From Lama glama (Eukaryota), in assembly GCA_028534125.1 (NCBI GenBank), contig CM052817.1:36954001-37018000 (forward strand): DNA of 64,000 nucleotides. The letters are read 5' to 3'. The notes under the pieces are model-generated. The model was not told where the DNA came from, did no database searches, and saw nothing but the letters and a program-made list of their open reading frames with translations. Made by a program: the position numbers and the translations under genes. How positions within the stretch are numbered: position 1 is the first letter of the stretch; every line of letters starts with the position of its first letter. Below are positions 27,261-40,499 of this stretch, one piece after another.

Positions 27261-28582
27261 TTTAACTCTCAAGCCATTTGTTCAATGGATTCCCCAGTCT
27301 TTTATTGGGGACCAAACAACTTTGAGCTAACACTAAATCAAATTCTGGTGGAATTCAGAAGAAACAGAACACAAATGCTGAACCTCAAGTGTCTTCTTTC
27401 CTTCTCTTTTTCTTTCCTCATCCCCAATTCCAGCACACATAACAGTAGGCTTTGAGGACCTTATGGTCGGGTATAGGTTAATCTCTTTCTAGGAAAACTT
27501 TTCACAAATTTCCTAAAATATAGATACAGGAAGCTACAAAAAGCTTTTGTTTTAAACTGGGAGCTTAAAGCTTTTGGCGTACTTGGCATTTCAAGTGATC
27601 TTGCATTCAGTAGCTTCTTAGATAGGCACAGGGGGAGGGACGGGTGGGAAGTACCAGCTGATCGATGTCTTCTTGTGACCTGAAAACAATTTAAAGTGAT
27701 TGATTTCAAAAGTAAATGTCTTCCTATAATTTGAAAAATACACTGGGTAGGAATGTTGGACGATACTATAGCCTCAGACCTGAATGTGATTAACTTCTCT
27801 ACTTCCCCAAAAGATGACAGAAAAAAGTCCAGCCCATGCTTACTCTATGTTTGGTTCTTTGTTGTCTCATTTTGCTCAAATCCTGTGTTTAGAAGGTGGC
27901 CACAGTATGGTCTGAGGTTGTGGTCATGGCTGGAGATGGGTGACTCTCCTACGCTTCCCAGAGCCTTGTTAACAGGGCTAGTATCTCTAGTGGTCCATGA
28001 ATGTGATGTGTACATTTCAGTGCCATGAAACCCAAAACAGTCACTGTCCAAAAAGAATTAACAACAGACTCCCTTGTGCAGTGTTATTCATCCAAAATAC
28101 AACTTTGTTTTAATTTGGCTAATTAGAGTAGTCTTGATTAGGCAAATTCCTACACATTCTGGGACAGACCATCCAAAAACAGTATTTTTAGAACAATGTT
28201 TACAATGTTCAGTCAGGCTAAGCTAATGAGTTGAGTTTCCTTGGGTGTGAAGGTACTGTAATAAAAGGGAAAAGAACAGAGAGACTACTTCACTTCCCAA
28301 GTTCCCAGATTAGTCCTGGTGTCATAACATTCTAGAGACTGCATGAACAGAGAAATGGGATAGTACGGTGAAAAATGCCAACTTCTAACACAGAACACTC
28401 CCAGAGCAGGTTGCCCATATTTCTTTCTAAAACTCTTCAATTCCATAACACCTTCAAATCCTGTGTGAAATAATCTTTACTGAGTGCTAGTCACACTTTA
28501 ATACCTTGTAGCTTTTGATTCTTTCCAAAGATGAGGACTGCTATGTTCATTTAATAAGAAATATGTGCACCTGCTAAGGCAA

Positions 28583-29147
28583 TGTAAGGGAAGAAAGCCT
28601 TTTTCCTCTATCCTCTTATGTTCAGTAATTGGGGCCTGCAAATTAAACTGACAAAAGCCAGATTAATAGGAGAAAAAGGTTTATTCATATGCATAAGGGA
28701 GCCAACAAAAGTAGCCAGCTCCTTAAACTGTTAAAGGCTTATAAACCCAACTCAGTAGAGGAAAGGGAAGGGGAAGAAACAGCTTCTGTGGGAAAAACAG
28801 AAAGATTTCTTTAGGGAAGACAAATAGGTTTTTAGAAGAAACTGGAGATGAGAGAGTTTGTGATATTTGTCTATAAAGGTGTAAGTGGTTTTTCTGTCTT
28901 CATCAAGGTCATAAAAACCTCCTTGAGAGGAATTTATGGTAGACTTACTCTGGGTCTCTCTCCTGGGAGTAGAAGCCACCCTGAAGGGGGAATTTACAGC
29001 AGTTCTCATTTCCCAGAAGTTTCTGCTTTTAGTCAGACAAGGGAAGCTCCAAGAAGGCTTCTTTCTGCATCCATCTGTTGAATCTCACATGTCTTCAACT
29101 TAAAATAATCTTTATACCAATCCTAGAGTTCTCAGTGGTTCCGCATA
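28583..29147 (-). mobile_element. ERV1-class solo LTR
   Basis: 4-bp TSD GCAA (28579-28582 and 29148-29151); TG at left end; minus-strand TATA (28739-28745) followed by AATAAA (28680-28685). Confidence 0.75.
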
Positions 29148-29260
29148 GCAACTATAAAAAGACTTGAAACAGGGCAGCACTGGGGAGCAGGAGGCAGCTT
29201 TGTTGGCAGGGGAATCTGAATTATATTCAAACCCACGAATCCTAAATTTTGAATCAAGGG

Positions 29261-29728
29261 CTGTGTCGGTCAAGGTCATAGCAAGGAAATGATAGATCTG
29301 GGCAGGAAAACTGAATTGGGGGATTTGAGGAGAGTGACGTCAAGGGATGACTTACCAAGGTGTGGGCATGATGTAGAGAAGTCACAAGGGGTTGTGGGAA
29401 CAGACTAGTAACAGCTAAGATTGTACAAGCCAGGGAAAGGAGAACTTTTTGAACCCTGACAGAAAATGCTGTGTGGAGAGGGACACTGAGAGGGGCTGTG
29501 ACCTTCAGGAAAGGGACACAGTCACAGAGAGGGAGCTGAGAAAACATACACCCTAATTTTACTCTCCTCCTTCCTTCAAATCTTTCCTGCCAGTGCACCT
29601 CATTGGCTGAACCCAACAGAAAGGGAACCTGATGATGCAATTCACACAGGCCCTGGGACAGCTCAGGGTGAAGGCTGGAGAGTGGGTGTAGAGTGGATCT
29701 GAGGGATCAAATGGAAGATATCTAGATA
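29261..29728 (-). mobile_element. LTR33-like ERVL LTR
   Basis: CCTCATTGGCTGAACCCAAC...GAGTGGATCTGAGGGATCAAATGGAAGATATC. Confidence 0.65.
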
Positions 29729-31699
29729 TTCAGAAGGGAAAAAAAAAATCTCTTCCCAATGTGAGAAAGGCAGAATGTACAGCTGTAGACCAGCTGTGTC
29801 TCCTCCTTGCCTGAATAACTCTTCTAGAGTTTCCCCTCTGAAGGCATAAATAGGCCTAGTGTTTCCATCCTATTTTCAAAGAACTCCTCAAACCCCAGCC
29901 ACAGAAACCCATTAGGGTTTATTGTACCTGCTTCTTTCACAGAAGGCAGGTAATGAATAACACTGCACCACTGGGGCATGCGTTTGTTCCCCCTCTTCAG
30001 TGCGCTGGACCTCACCAAGGGACCCGAGAAGTCTCCACCATGTGCTGAATCCTGAGGGACTCCTGCTTGGCATGAGGGCTTTCATTAGCGGTTCACACAA
30101 AAACTGTTCATCAAAGCCCACCATTGTTCCCCAGAGGGTCCCAACACCATGAGAATGAGGCTACTTGGAACTGTTCTGAGGTATGATTTGCTGTTTTTCC
30201 TAATCCTGGAAGAGAACTACCCCAGTCAATAATTCTTTCATAGAGCTGAAAGCACTTGAAATTCCTCTCCCAGCTAGCTGAACTTAACGACTTACTCTAT
30301 TCACAAAGGAGGAGGGACAGTTCCTATTGAACCCAAAGAGGTTTTATATGCTGGTAGAGTTTACCTAATAAGGGATATTCAAACAAGAGCAGTCAGAGGA
30401 GAAAGCTAAGAACCTGGCATTCAGGGAAAAGAAATAACAAGGAGGTAAAGAATCAAATAAAGTAGGGCCTAGAGAGAAGAGTTAAAGGCAGAAAAAGAAT
30501 AGGACAGATGCATATGATTATTTCAAGGGTGAGGGAGGCTTCAAAAGTGAACTGTTGTGCTGTTAATATGATGAAGCAAATCATTCAGATACTAAGTCCT
30601 GCAACGTGACAAATGCCACAGGCCTTCAAGGGAGCCATAATTCCAAATGGATTCAGAACCTGGGAACCAGAAGTTTACACAATGGGTGGGGGCCTTCTTT
30701 TTTAAAAAGAGAGAAATTAAAATCAGGTGCAGGGCTTTGTAAGAAGCCCTGAAACAAGCTGTTTAGCTCTGCGGTATATCCACCTCCGGCCATACTCAAA
30801 AGTCTGTGCCCCAGAGAATATGCCAAAAGGGGGAGAGGGATAAATAAATGTATTAAAATAAGTGTAATAAATAAATATATTTATACATAAAATAAAGGTA
30901 GTAAATGTAAATGTGAGAAAACCCTGCAATCACAGAGAAAGAGGAACTAAAGGGACAGATATCAGAATCTTATTTGAGAAAAAAAAATACAGCCAAAATA
31001 ATTTCTCCCACTTCAACACAGGTCAGGGAGTGGTGGAGACTTTCTGAAGGACAGACAAATGCCTCAGGAAAGGACCAAAGCACTGCCACATGGGTCTGTC
31101 TCAGATGAAGTTGTGAAATGAGATGCAGTGAGATTAGTGAGTGGTGGGTGGCACAAGAAGATGAGGAGCTCTGAAAGGAATGACAAAGAGATGTGGAAGT
31201 AAGCCTATTGCACAGTCTTGCCTAACATAAGCCTGCGTGGATCCTCTAAGTATAATTACAGTAGTCTGTAATCCTTCAATTACACATTACAGAACAGGGA
31301 GAATGTACTAATTTCTCCTGAGCTAGAAAGAGAGAGGTCTTTGAGAATGTCAAAGCCACCCTTTTGGAAATTCTTGCATCCTTTGGCTTCCATGCACCTC
31401 ACTCACTCCTGGGCACAGTGGCACAGAGGGATGTTCAGGAAGCTCTCATTGGATGGATACTCTGTGAAATGGAGGTGAGGTGACAGGTGGAATACTTGGG
31501 TGAGGCATGGATGAAGTACTTACCATAGTACCTGACATACAGTAAAATCTCAAAAAATATAAGCCATTGCATTAGCTCTATGTTAAACAGTCAATGATAA
31601 AAAACCTACTTTTTCAATACAAGTACTTTGATGAACATAAGTGATTCTAATTCTGATGAATATACTTGAATGCTATTTCACTCAAGATATTTAATGTTC

Positions 31700-32165
31700 A
31701 TTCCAGTTCTCCACTGCTGCTTACAAATTGTGACTTGAAACAATTATTTCATAATTTCTCAAGATTTTGTGGGTCAGGAGTTTGGACAGGTTGCTTAGAA
31801 GTACTGAGCTGGCAGGTGAGCCACTCTGGAGGGTCCAAGGTGGCTCCATTTACATATACTGTGCCTTTGCAAGGACACGTGGAAAGCTGGGATAGGTAGG
31901 GACTGTTGAACAGCGTCTTCTATGGCATGATAGTCTCTTACAAAATGGCTTGGAACTCCCAAAGCAAGTGTTTCAGGAGATCAAGGTCAAAACTACAAAG
32001 CTTCTTCCAGGGGCTAACCTCCAAAGTCCCAGAACAGCACTCTGCCTCAATCATTTGGTCAAGTAAGTCACCAAAACCAGTCCAGATTTGAGGGAAGGAG
32101 AATTTGACTTTGCCTCTCAAAGGGAGGAGCAGCAAAGAATTTATGGCCATCTTTACTATACCACA
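31700..32165 (-). mobile_element. Old MLT1 LTR (similar copies ~34955-35375 and ~56365-56745)
   Basis: TTTTGTGGGTCAGGAGTTTGGACAGG...TTGGTCAAGTAAGTCAC..CCAGATTTGAGGGAAGG..AAAGAATTTATGGCCATCTTT. Confidence 0.7.
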
Positions 32166-32477
32166 CTGTTTATACACATTAAATGAAAAGTGTCAGGAAT
32201 TGTCTCAAGACAACTATTCATGTGAATTAAAGTTAACATCCATGGATGTTTAGTTCTTAATGGAAGACCTGAAATTCCAAATCCTGGGCTTCCGTGGAAA
32301 GGCCATATCTCATAAAGTGGAGTCTAGCAGTCATCTTTTAAAATTCCAGATGACGTTCTTCTGAAAGTTTGGTAATGAGACACTTTGTTCCTAAGAGATG
32401 GAAGAGGCTGTCCTCAAAGTTCTCCATCACTCTCATCTTAACCTCTCTAGACCCATGGAAAGAAACTGTGGGATAAA

Positions 32478-32528
32478 ACTAACATTGTAAATCAACTACA
32501 CTTCAATAAAAAATAAAATTAAAAAAAA
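32478..32528 (+). mobile_element. Extreme 3' tip of an L1 (~50 bp)
   Basis: AACATTGTAAATCAACTACACTTCAATAAAAAATAAAATTAAAAAAAA, flanked by degenerate duplicates AAAGAAACTGTGGGATAAA / AAAGAAACAGCGAGACAAA. Confidence 0.7.
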
Positions 32529-35479
32529 GAAACAGCGAGACAAAGTAAAGAAATAAATAACTTAAGAACTCTAAGTAAAAAGATGAATTAAAGTCTGTGT
32601 GAATTATTACTTACTATGGTTATTAAAGCCATTTTTGCCTTATGAATGTTTCAAAGAAATGTAATCTTTCATTTCATTTTTATAGTTAGTAAAACTATCA
32701 AATGACTACCTGATCATATTTGAGTCTCAAAACCACCCTAGAAGATAAATAGGAAGGCTTTATCCCCCCCCCCCCCCATTTTGTAGATGAAGAAAGCAGT
32801 GAATTCACCAAGGTCTCCTGGCTGGTAAAAAGTAGTTCAGGTCTGGACTTAGATCTTCCATTTCTATTCCAAGTCCTCTTTCAGCTATGCAACTGCCTTT
32901 GAATAAGCTCACACAGTTGGGCAAAGATCTAATTTCACATCAACACTGCATAGTTAAGTCTTCAAGAATAATAACTTTATATTCAAAAATGTGTCTCACT
33001 TCTGCATTTTTCAAATAGAGTTTTGTTTGCTCTTTCTGCAAAAATAACGATCTGCATTTTGTAGACAGTGCACACCAAATTTGAATGTCTCAAAATATAT
33101 TACTTTCTACTTATCCAAGAATAAATGGTATTCATCGTACTTAGCAAGAACATCATGGGTTTCATTTTCAAAGTATTTTGCAAGCATCAGCTAATTAAGC
33201 CTCCTGTAGTCTTCAGTTTAACAGTTGTTCTCAAAAATCTCTCATTCCCCAGGAACGTTCTCCACTCTGCCTTATTTATATAAATCAGCACATTTGTTCA
33301 GTTCTTAAAATAAAAAGTTAAAGGCCGTGAAATTATTTTTGATCACTGTGTGGCAAATACGATCAGCTCAGTGAGGCAAAAGTGCCCAGTGACTGGCTGG
33401 TCTGAAGGACAAAGAGGAACACAGCAGAACTCAAGGCCTTCTACATTCTAGATACTTGATTGTTCCACAAGGTTCTATCTTTGCAACACAGGCATCTGCT
33501 TTACAGTTGAAAACTTGAGGTGGTTTCCTGTTTGGATCATTCTAAATGACATAACCACAGCCTGTCTTTAAATTTTGTTTTTGATTTCAGGATGGAGACA
33601 AACACGAGACCCCTAAAAAACAGTTCGAACCTGGGACACAGTAAATAATCAGGGGCCATGCAGGAAATGTTGGGGTTGACTCCCAAAAAGCCTGCACAAC
33701 TGGCCACTAAGCTCATACGACAAACTCTATACTTATCCTGTGTTAATATGTCTCGTCCACAGCTATGCCAAGATTCTTATCATTCTATAGCTCCTTTGGG
33801 TTAAGGCCAATGTGAAGATACCTCTTACTTAAGACTAGAAAGACATTAACTCAGGAATTTTCTTATCTCCTATCTGTGGATTAGATGCATGCAGAAAACT
33901 AGAATTTAAATATGTGGGATATAGGACAAGTGAGTTTGTTTTATTGAGAGAACCAAATGTGAAAACATTCTGGAACCAGGACTCCTAGGTAGCTTGAAGT
34001 CACCAAGGGGAAGAAGACATGAAGAGAGGGAGAAGAAAAAGTAAGGAAGATTAAAGATTCATTTCCCTTATGCCACACTAAATATAAGACATAAATGACT
34101 ACAATGCTAATATTGATGACAGGTACCAGGCAGAGCAATGGAAATAATAATCATTTACACATATACATCATTTCAGAGTTTACAAAGAGCTTCCCCACCT
34201 CAGTGGCTCCCTTTGCCATTGGAATTGTTGTTCTCACTCTCTATATGAAGTTTAGAGAGATTAAGTAATTTGCTCAAAGTAGCATTTACTACCTGGCAGA
34301 GCCAGGGCCAAAAGCCAGACTTCTGATTTCTAGTCTGCAACCAGTTCTGTGAGACCACATGAGAACCTGGATTCTGAATCCACACTGCTGCGTTCTAGTC
34401 CTTGTTCACCTCTTAAGCCTTGCACATTTAGCCAAATAAGTTAGATTCTTCAAGCTTCTGTTTTTTTATAGTTAAATGTTATCTATCCTCCTTTCCTTAA
34501 TGGGTCAAATGAGACAGTATACAGGAAAATATTTTATAAACTGTGAAAATCATGACTGCTATGTAAGTAAAAGTAGGTTAACTAAGTCCGATTTAATGAA
34601 TTGGTATTTCTCAGTGCCTTACCTCAACACCTCCTTACAGTTAAGCCTTCCTCCCTTTTGTCTAGAAGAACAAAGAATCCCTCTTTCTCTTCAAAGTTAC
34701 ACCTTCCACCTGTGCTTTAATATTAGACCAGCAAATACTTACCAAGAGCTTACTGAGATTCTATTATCTCATTTAATCTTCATCATCATGTTACAGCTAA
34801 AGAAACTGAGGCTCCAAAAAGCCGAGTAATTTATCCCAGATTATAAACATTGAGTATTAGAGCCCAGGAAATCCTGTTTCAGAGCCTATGCCTTAAATCA
34901 CTGTGCAATATTGCCTTCCCAATAACTCAGGCAACTTCTCTGTTTTCCCCCATTTCAGTTACTTGTTATTGCATAACAACCCAACCCCAAAATTAAACAG
35001 CTTAAATCCAGTCCCCTTACTCACACAGACTCTGCAATCTGTACTAGCTCAACTAGGTGGTTCTTCTGTTGACTTTGTCTGGAGTCATTCATGAGGTAGT
35101 TGGGAGCTCAGCTGGGGCTGAACTGCCCCACATGGTCTCATCCTCCAGGGTTCTCTTAACCGTTCAGCGGTCTGGACTAGCCTGTGGTCCAAGCTTTTGA
35201 ACAGCATGGCAGATGGTTTCCACAGGAGGACAAATCCCACTCTGCAAGTGCTTCCCAGGCCTCTGCTGGCATCATACTTGCAAATGTCCCACTGGCCAGA
35301 ACTAGTCACAAAGCCAAGGGCAAAGTCACTGGGCATGAAACTCAGGAGGTACACTTCACTGGGCGCCATCACTGTTTACCACATCTCCTCTCTTCCCCTC
35401 TGTCTTCTCATTCATCACTTATGCTTTCCCCTCAGCACAGGAAATACTTGGTTGACCACATTTGAGTACAAATAAACAT

Positions 35480-36130
35480 TTCTTGTGACTGCACTTTCCC
35501 TTAAGCTATCTTACTCTCCTTCCTTTCATAGCCAACCATCTTAAGAGTGGTCTACATTCACTGTCTTCATTCCATTACATCTATCTACTTCCCAGTCATG
35601 GAAGACTGGACTCCACCAACACTACTGCACCAACACTATTCTCCCTCAACTCTCCAATAACCTCTGCATTTCCAGAGGCAGTGGACAATGCCCAGCCTTG
35701 TTTACTTTGACCTCTCTGTAACATTTAACATTTTCATTTTCTTATGTGACGTTCCCTTCCCCCATCCTTTGTATGTTTAGTTCTTCCCATCCTCTAATGG
35801 CACCTAATGGTCTTCACCCACTAGGATTTTGGCTCTTGCCTTCTGTTCTACTCACCGTATAGATTTTTGTGCTAAAAGCACCCAAACTATATCTGTAGCC
35901 TCAAGCTCTATGCTTACCTCCAGACCCATTTATCCAGGTACATCTCTACTCAAATTCAACAAGTCAAAAAACTAATTCACCATCTTTCTTGTAAAACCAG
36001 ATCCCCTTATAATCCTTTATCTTAGTTTTAACACCACCATTTACCCAGTTGCCCAAATTAGAAATGTGATAGTCCAAGACTTTTCCTTCTCTTCTTCCCA
36101 CAGCATATGATTTGTTAGTAAGTCTTATCT
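35480..36130 (+). mobile_element. L2 LINE fragment (continues ~36600-36950)
   Basis: CTCCAATAACCTC...TTGACCTCTCTG..CATTTAACA, CTCCAGACCCATTTATCCA and CACCATTTACCCAGTTGCCCAA motifs. Confidence 0.7.
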
Positions 36131-36160
36131 GTTCTATGTTTAAATATTTCTCAGAACTTC

Positions 36161-36560
36161 CAGTGTTATACTGGCAAGTATTTAACAACCAGATTTTGTG
36201 GGGAAAGGAGGATTAGTAGCATTTGATGATTTCCATGGTATAATCCTCCCACCATGGCTGATTTCAAGCTATTAACATGACATCACTGAACAGAATTGGG
36301 AAGAGAAGCGCATTACCACGCATTATATAGTATATCCACCTACAGATACAATAGGCATAAATAAGGTCAAGAGAGTAAGTGACAGTAAATGTAGTAAAGT
36401 AAATATAAAGCAGTGAGTTTTGAGTATTTATTTCTTTTGTTTTTAATATAATTAAAGTGTATATAATTTAATTTTTAATGATGGCTTTGTTTAATAGCCA
36501 GCTCACAAAATTCCCAGAAATTCAACAATTGGCTCTCATGAGCCAGTACAAGCTGGATCT
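36161..36560 (-). mobile_element. MER63-like hAT transposon inserted in L2
   Basis: GAGTTTTGAGTATTTATT...AATTTTTAATGATGGCT..GCTCACAAAATTCCCAGAAATTCAACAATTGGCTCTCATGAGCCAGTACAAGCTGG. Confidence 0.7.
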
Positions 36561-38005
36561 ATCCCTCTCTTTTCCATTCAGAGGCCAGAGGCAACATTTA
36601 AGGCTCTGACCTAATATTGCAATTTCCTCCTAGTAAGTCTTCCTACTTTCTACTTCTAGAGGATCTGTCCTCCACATAGCTGTTCCAAGGACTCTTCCTA
36701 ACATTCAAATCTGATTATATCACTCCCCAACTTACAATCAGTCATTCAGTTCCCATAGCTTTTCAGCCGGAACTTAAAATTCTGAATTTAATGCACAAAG
36801 ACTTGCCTTGTTTTGAGCCTTGCCTCCCTCTACTTCACCCACTAACACCCTAGTGACTTAAACATATTCTGTCTTATGTCTCTGGACCTTCACCTGGGCT
36901 GCTTTCACCCTCTAGATTGCCCTTCCATCTTTCATACAGCTAACTAGTACTGAGTGAGTGGTTTTTCAAACCTCACATCAAGAACTACCTTCTCTGAAAA
37001 TCTTTTCCATACATGGCAGTATAGCACAGTGGTTAAGAAGACAGACATAAAACCAAATGGCCAGGTCTGAAATAATGGTTCTGCTACGTAGCTGAGTAAC
37101 CTTGAACATGTTGCTTAACTTTAGTTTCCTTACTAGTAAAATGATGAGAATAAAATGCTACCTTGTAGGAATGTTGGGAAGATTCAAAGAGTTAGTATGT
37201 GCAAAACTCTCAGAACAGTGCTTATAACTTAAGTACTTAGAACTCAGTAAATATTAGCACTATTAACTACCTAATTGTAAATGCTTCTTTCTGTATTTTC
37301 ATTGCATTAAGTACATGCTGCTCACATTATACTGAATCATCAATTTACTTGACTTCTTCCTTTATAACTCTTCAAGACAGAAAGCACGGGACCCTGTGCC
37401 TATGCAGTGTCTAGTAAGTGCTCAATAAATGAGTGAAAGAGTGAATGAGTGATGTGAGCTCTGGCCAACAGGACACATATTTCTTTTTAACTCATTCAGC
37501 TGCATTAGATTTAAGAAAGTGAAGGGAATTTGTGAGATCCTTTGATAAATTAAAGGGAAATACTTTCTCAAATTTAATTAGCTATACATACTGCTATAAA
37601 AACTAAAATCAGAAAGAAATTAGCCTTAAAACCCACAACACGTTTGATGATTCTTGCTTCCCCTTTATGTTACTACCATTTATAAGAAATGCGGTTACAG
37701 CCTCTTAGCCTAATTCCATTGTTATTTGTGATGAATGTAGAAAAGAATCCTGGAGTTAAAGGGAGCTTTGGTAAATGAGTGGGCAAAAGAGACTATAAAT
37801 GTTCCACTGGAAAATTATTCTAACTTCACAGCAACACTTAAATTATATAGTTTTCTGAGGCTCTAAGTTATTTATCCAACAATAGCACTTTTATTTTTAT
37901 GGAAAACGAAAAAGGAAAGAAGAAAAATGTATTGGCCACCTCCTAGGTATCACACATTTTTACAAATACTATTTCTTCTAATCTTCACAAAACTGAATTA
38001 GTTAT

Positions 38006-38470
38006 TGTATGAATCAGGGTTCTGGGTAGGGGGAATATATATATCTGTTTATGTTTATTTATAGAGAGAGATTGATCTTTTGTAAGGAAATGACTCATGG
38101 AATTATAGACACTGATAAAGTACCATTATTTGCCTTCTGCCAGCTGGCAACCCAGTAAACATGGTGATACCATGTAACTCTACAGTCTTAGTCTGAAGGT
38201 CTGAGCACCAGGAGCACTAATGTATGTTCCAGTCTAAGGGCAGAAGAAGACCAATGTCCCCCCTCAAACAGCGGCGGACAGAGCCGATTCTCCCATATTA
38301 CAACTTCTTGTTCTATGCAGGCCCTCAACAAATTGGATGAAGCCCACCCACACTGGAAGGGCAATCAGCTTTACACAGTCTACTGATTCAAATGCTAACC
38401 TCTTCTGAAAACACCCTCAAAGACGCATCTAGAAATAGTATTTAACCAGATAGCTGGGCATCCCACTAGC
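38006..38470 (-). mobile_element. MLT2-like ERVL LTR
   Basis: CAGGCCCTCAAC..ATTGGATGAAGCCCACCCACACTGG..CAGTCTACTGATTCAAATGCTAA..AAACACCCTCA. Confidence 0.85.
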
Positions 38471-38698
38471 CAATAGTTCTCAGTCAGGGTGAATTTACTC
38501 TCCAGGGTTACTTGGCAATGTTTGGAGACATTTTTGGTTGTCATAACTGGTGAAGAATGGGGGACTTGCTACTGACATCTGGTGGGTAGAAGAAGTAAGG
38601 GATACTGCCAAACATCTTACAATCTTACATCCAAAGGACCCCCCACAACAAGAATTATCCAGCCCAAGTGTTAACAGTGCCAAGATAAAATGACCCTG
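38471..38698 (+). mobile_element. MER20-like hAT transposon
   Basis: TTGGCAATGTTTGGAGACATTTTTGGTTGTCATAACTGG...CCCCCACAACAAGAATTATCCAGCCC..AACAGTGCCAAG. Confidence 0.85.
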
Positions 38699-39428
38699 CA
38701 CTAAATTATACTATTTTATATTTTAACAGTTTTCTAAAACATTAAAATAGTAATAATATGCTGATCTAAAATATGAATGACTAGAGTTCCATAAATCTAA
38801 TAAATACTGGTGGAATGAATGAATGAATGTTAGATTCTAGAAGATAGAGGAAGGAAACTGAATTTTTTAATGGCTCTTTACAATTAGCATTTACTAAGAG
38901 AGTAAAATATTTTAAATTATCAATAATAGAGGTAGAAAATAGATTCTACTTATTTCCTTGAAGTATTAAATAGCATGTATAAAATATTTTTCATACAATA
39001 TAATCATAAAATACATTTTTAGAGGGTTTAGTAGTTTAAGGAAAAAGGATAGAAGCAGTTTGTGATTCATGAAATTCATAGAATTATTTCTAATTTTACA
39101 ATCATGAAATATTAGTGCTGGAGGATCACCCTCTTCATTGTTCATTACCTAAGAAGACTATCTAAGAAAGGGTAATTGACTTGACTGAAGACTCTTGGCT
39201 AGTCAGGGACAGTGCTGAAGCCAGACTCTAGCTCTCATGACAGTTTTATTTTTTCACTAGAAGGTGTCTTTTAATACAACTGAAATGTCACGAGTCTTTG
39301 TGGGAAAGGAGGGTGGTGCACTGTATGTTTTTTATTTAAACGTGTTATTGGTTCAAGGGAAATTTAATTTTTATGCTTTTTCCTTGTTTAGACAAAAAGA
39401 TATAAAAGAGCACTATTGACAGGGACTT

Positions 39429-39580
39429 TTTTTCCTTTAATGGAGGCACTGAGGATTGAACCCAGAACCTTGTGTACATTGAGCACATGCTCTACCACTG
39501 AGCTATACCTCTCACCCTAAGCTATTGATTGTTTTTAGTGAAGGTACTAGGGGTTGAATCCAGGATTTCATGCATGTGGA
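39429..39580 (-). mobile_element. Vic-1-like SINE: full unit plus adjacent partial unit
   Basis: Reverse-complement A/B boxes (CTACCACTGAGCTATA, GGATTGAACCC) at 39429-39517 and a second B-box unit (GGGGTTGAATCCAGG) at 39520-39580. Confidence 0.75.
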
Positions 39581-40321
39581 AGGGACTTCTAATATCAAAG
39601 ACCACAACCAACCTTCTATGACAAGCAACACAGAAAAATGTATTTTGCCAAGTATGTAAAACCTTAAACCTTAGAGTGTTTGGAACTCTTATTTAAAAAC
39701 TCAAAGTGAATTCTAAATTTTTCTCTATACTGGATTGGGTTTTTTATTTTTTCTTCTTTTCTGTATCTCTGGGTAAGAGGTAAATGGAGATCTTTATTTG
39801 CAAAAGAGCTGGAAAAGTGCTGGAGCAGAAGCCGGGAAAGCTGTGTTCAAGCCCAGTTCCCCCTCTTAATAGCTCTGTGACACCCCCAGCATGTCACATC
39901 GTAGCCTTTCTAGGCCTGTTCTTCCTCTACTACGTTTTGGGTTGCTGCAAAGATCGAACAAGATAATATTCCATTTGTAAATTTGTTTGGTAAGCCCAAG
40001 GCACTCTGATCATGTAAAATTCTAGTATCTCTTATATACCATTACTGGTTCTAAATAATGTTTATTAAAAGATATGAATGATGTAAACATATTTCACCGT
40101 AGTACTCTGAATTTCTATTTGTTATGTATGGTCCTTTTCAGAGGGATCCAAAAGAGGGCCACCCAGTGGGATCTGAATAATGGGATAGGCAGAAGTGTGT
40201 TTTTATTTGTTTCCAACATGATAAGGAAGTTTGCCTTGGCACATATAGCCTCCTTTTCTTCAATAAAAATTCGATTTGCTAAGTTAGAACCAAAGAGCTA
40301 TAGTAATTATTACGTGTCCTA

Positions 40322-40366
<45 letters not shown>
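40322..40366. repeat. (AAT)15 microsatellite
   Basis: Read directly. Confidence 0.95.
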
Positions 40367-40367
<1 letters not shown>

Positions 40368-40460
40368 CAAATCAGATGAAGAAATGAAAAACATCTGTTG
40401 ATTAAATTGGGTGGACAAAAGACATGTATATATTGTTACTCCCTGCTAAAACTCCAGTAT

Positions 40461-40462
<2 letters not shown>

Positions 40463-40495
<33 letters not shown>
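40463..40495. repeat. (TAA)11 microsatellite
   Basis: Read directly. Confidence 0.95.
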
Positions 40496-40496
<1 letters not shown>

Positions 40497-40499
40497 TCA

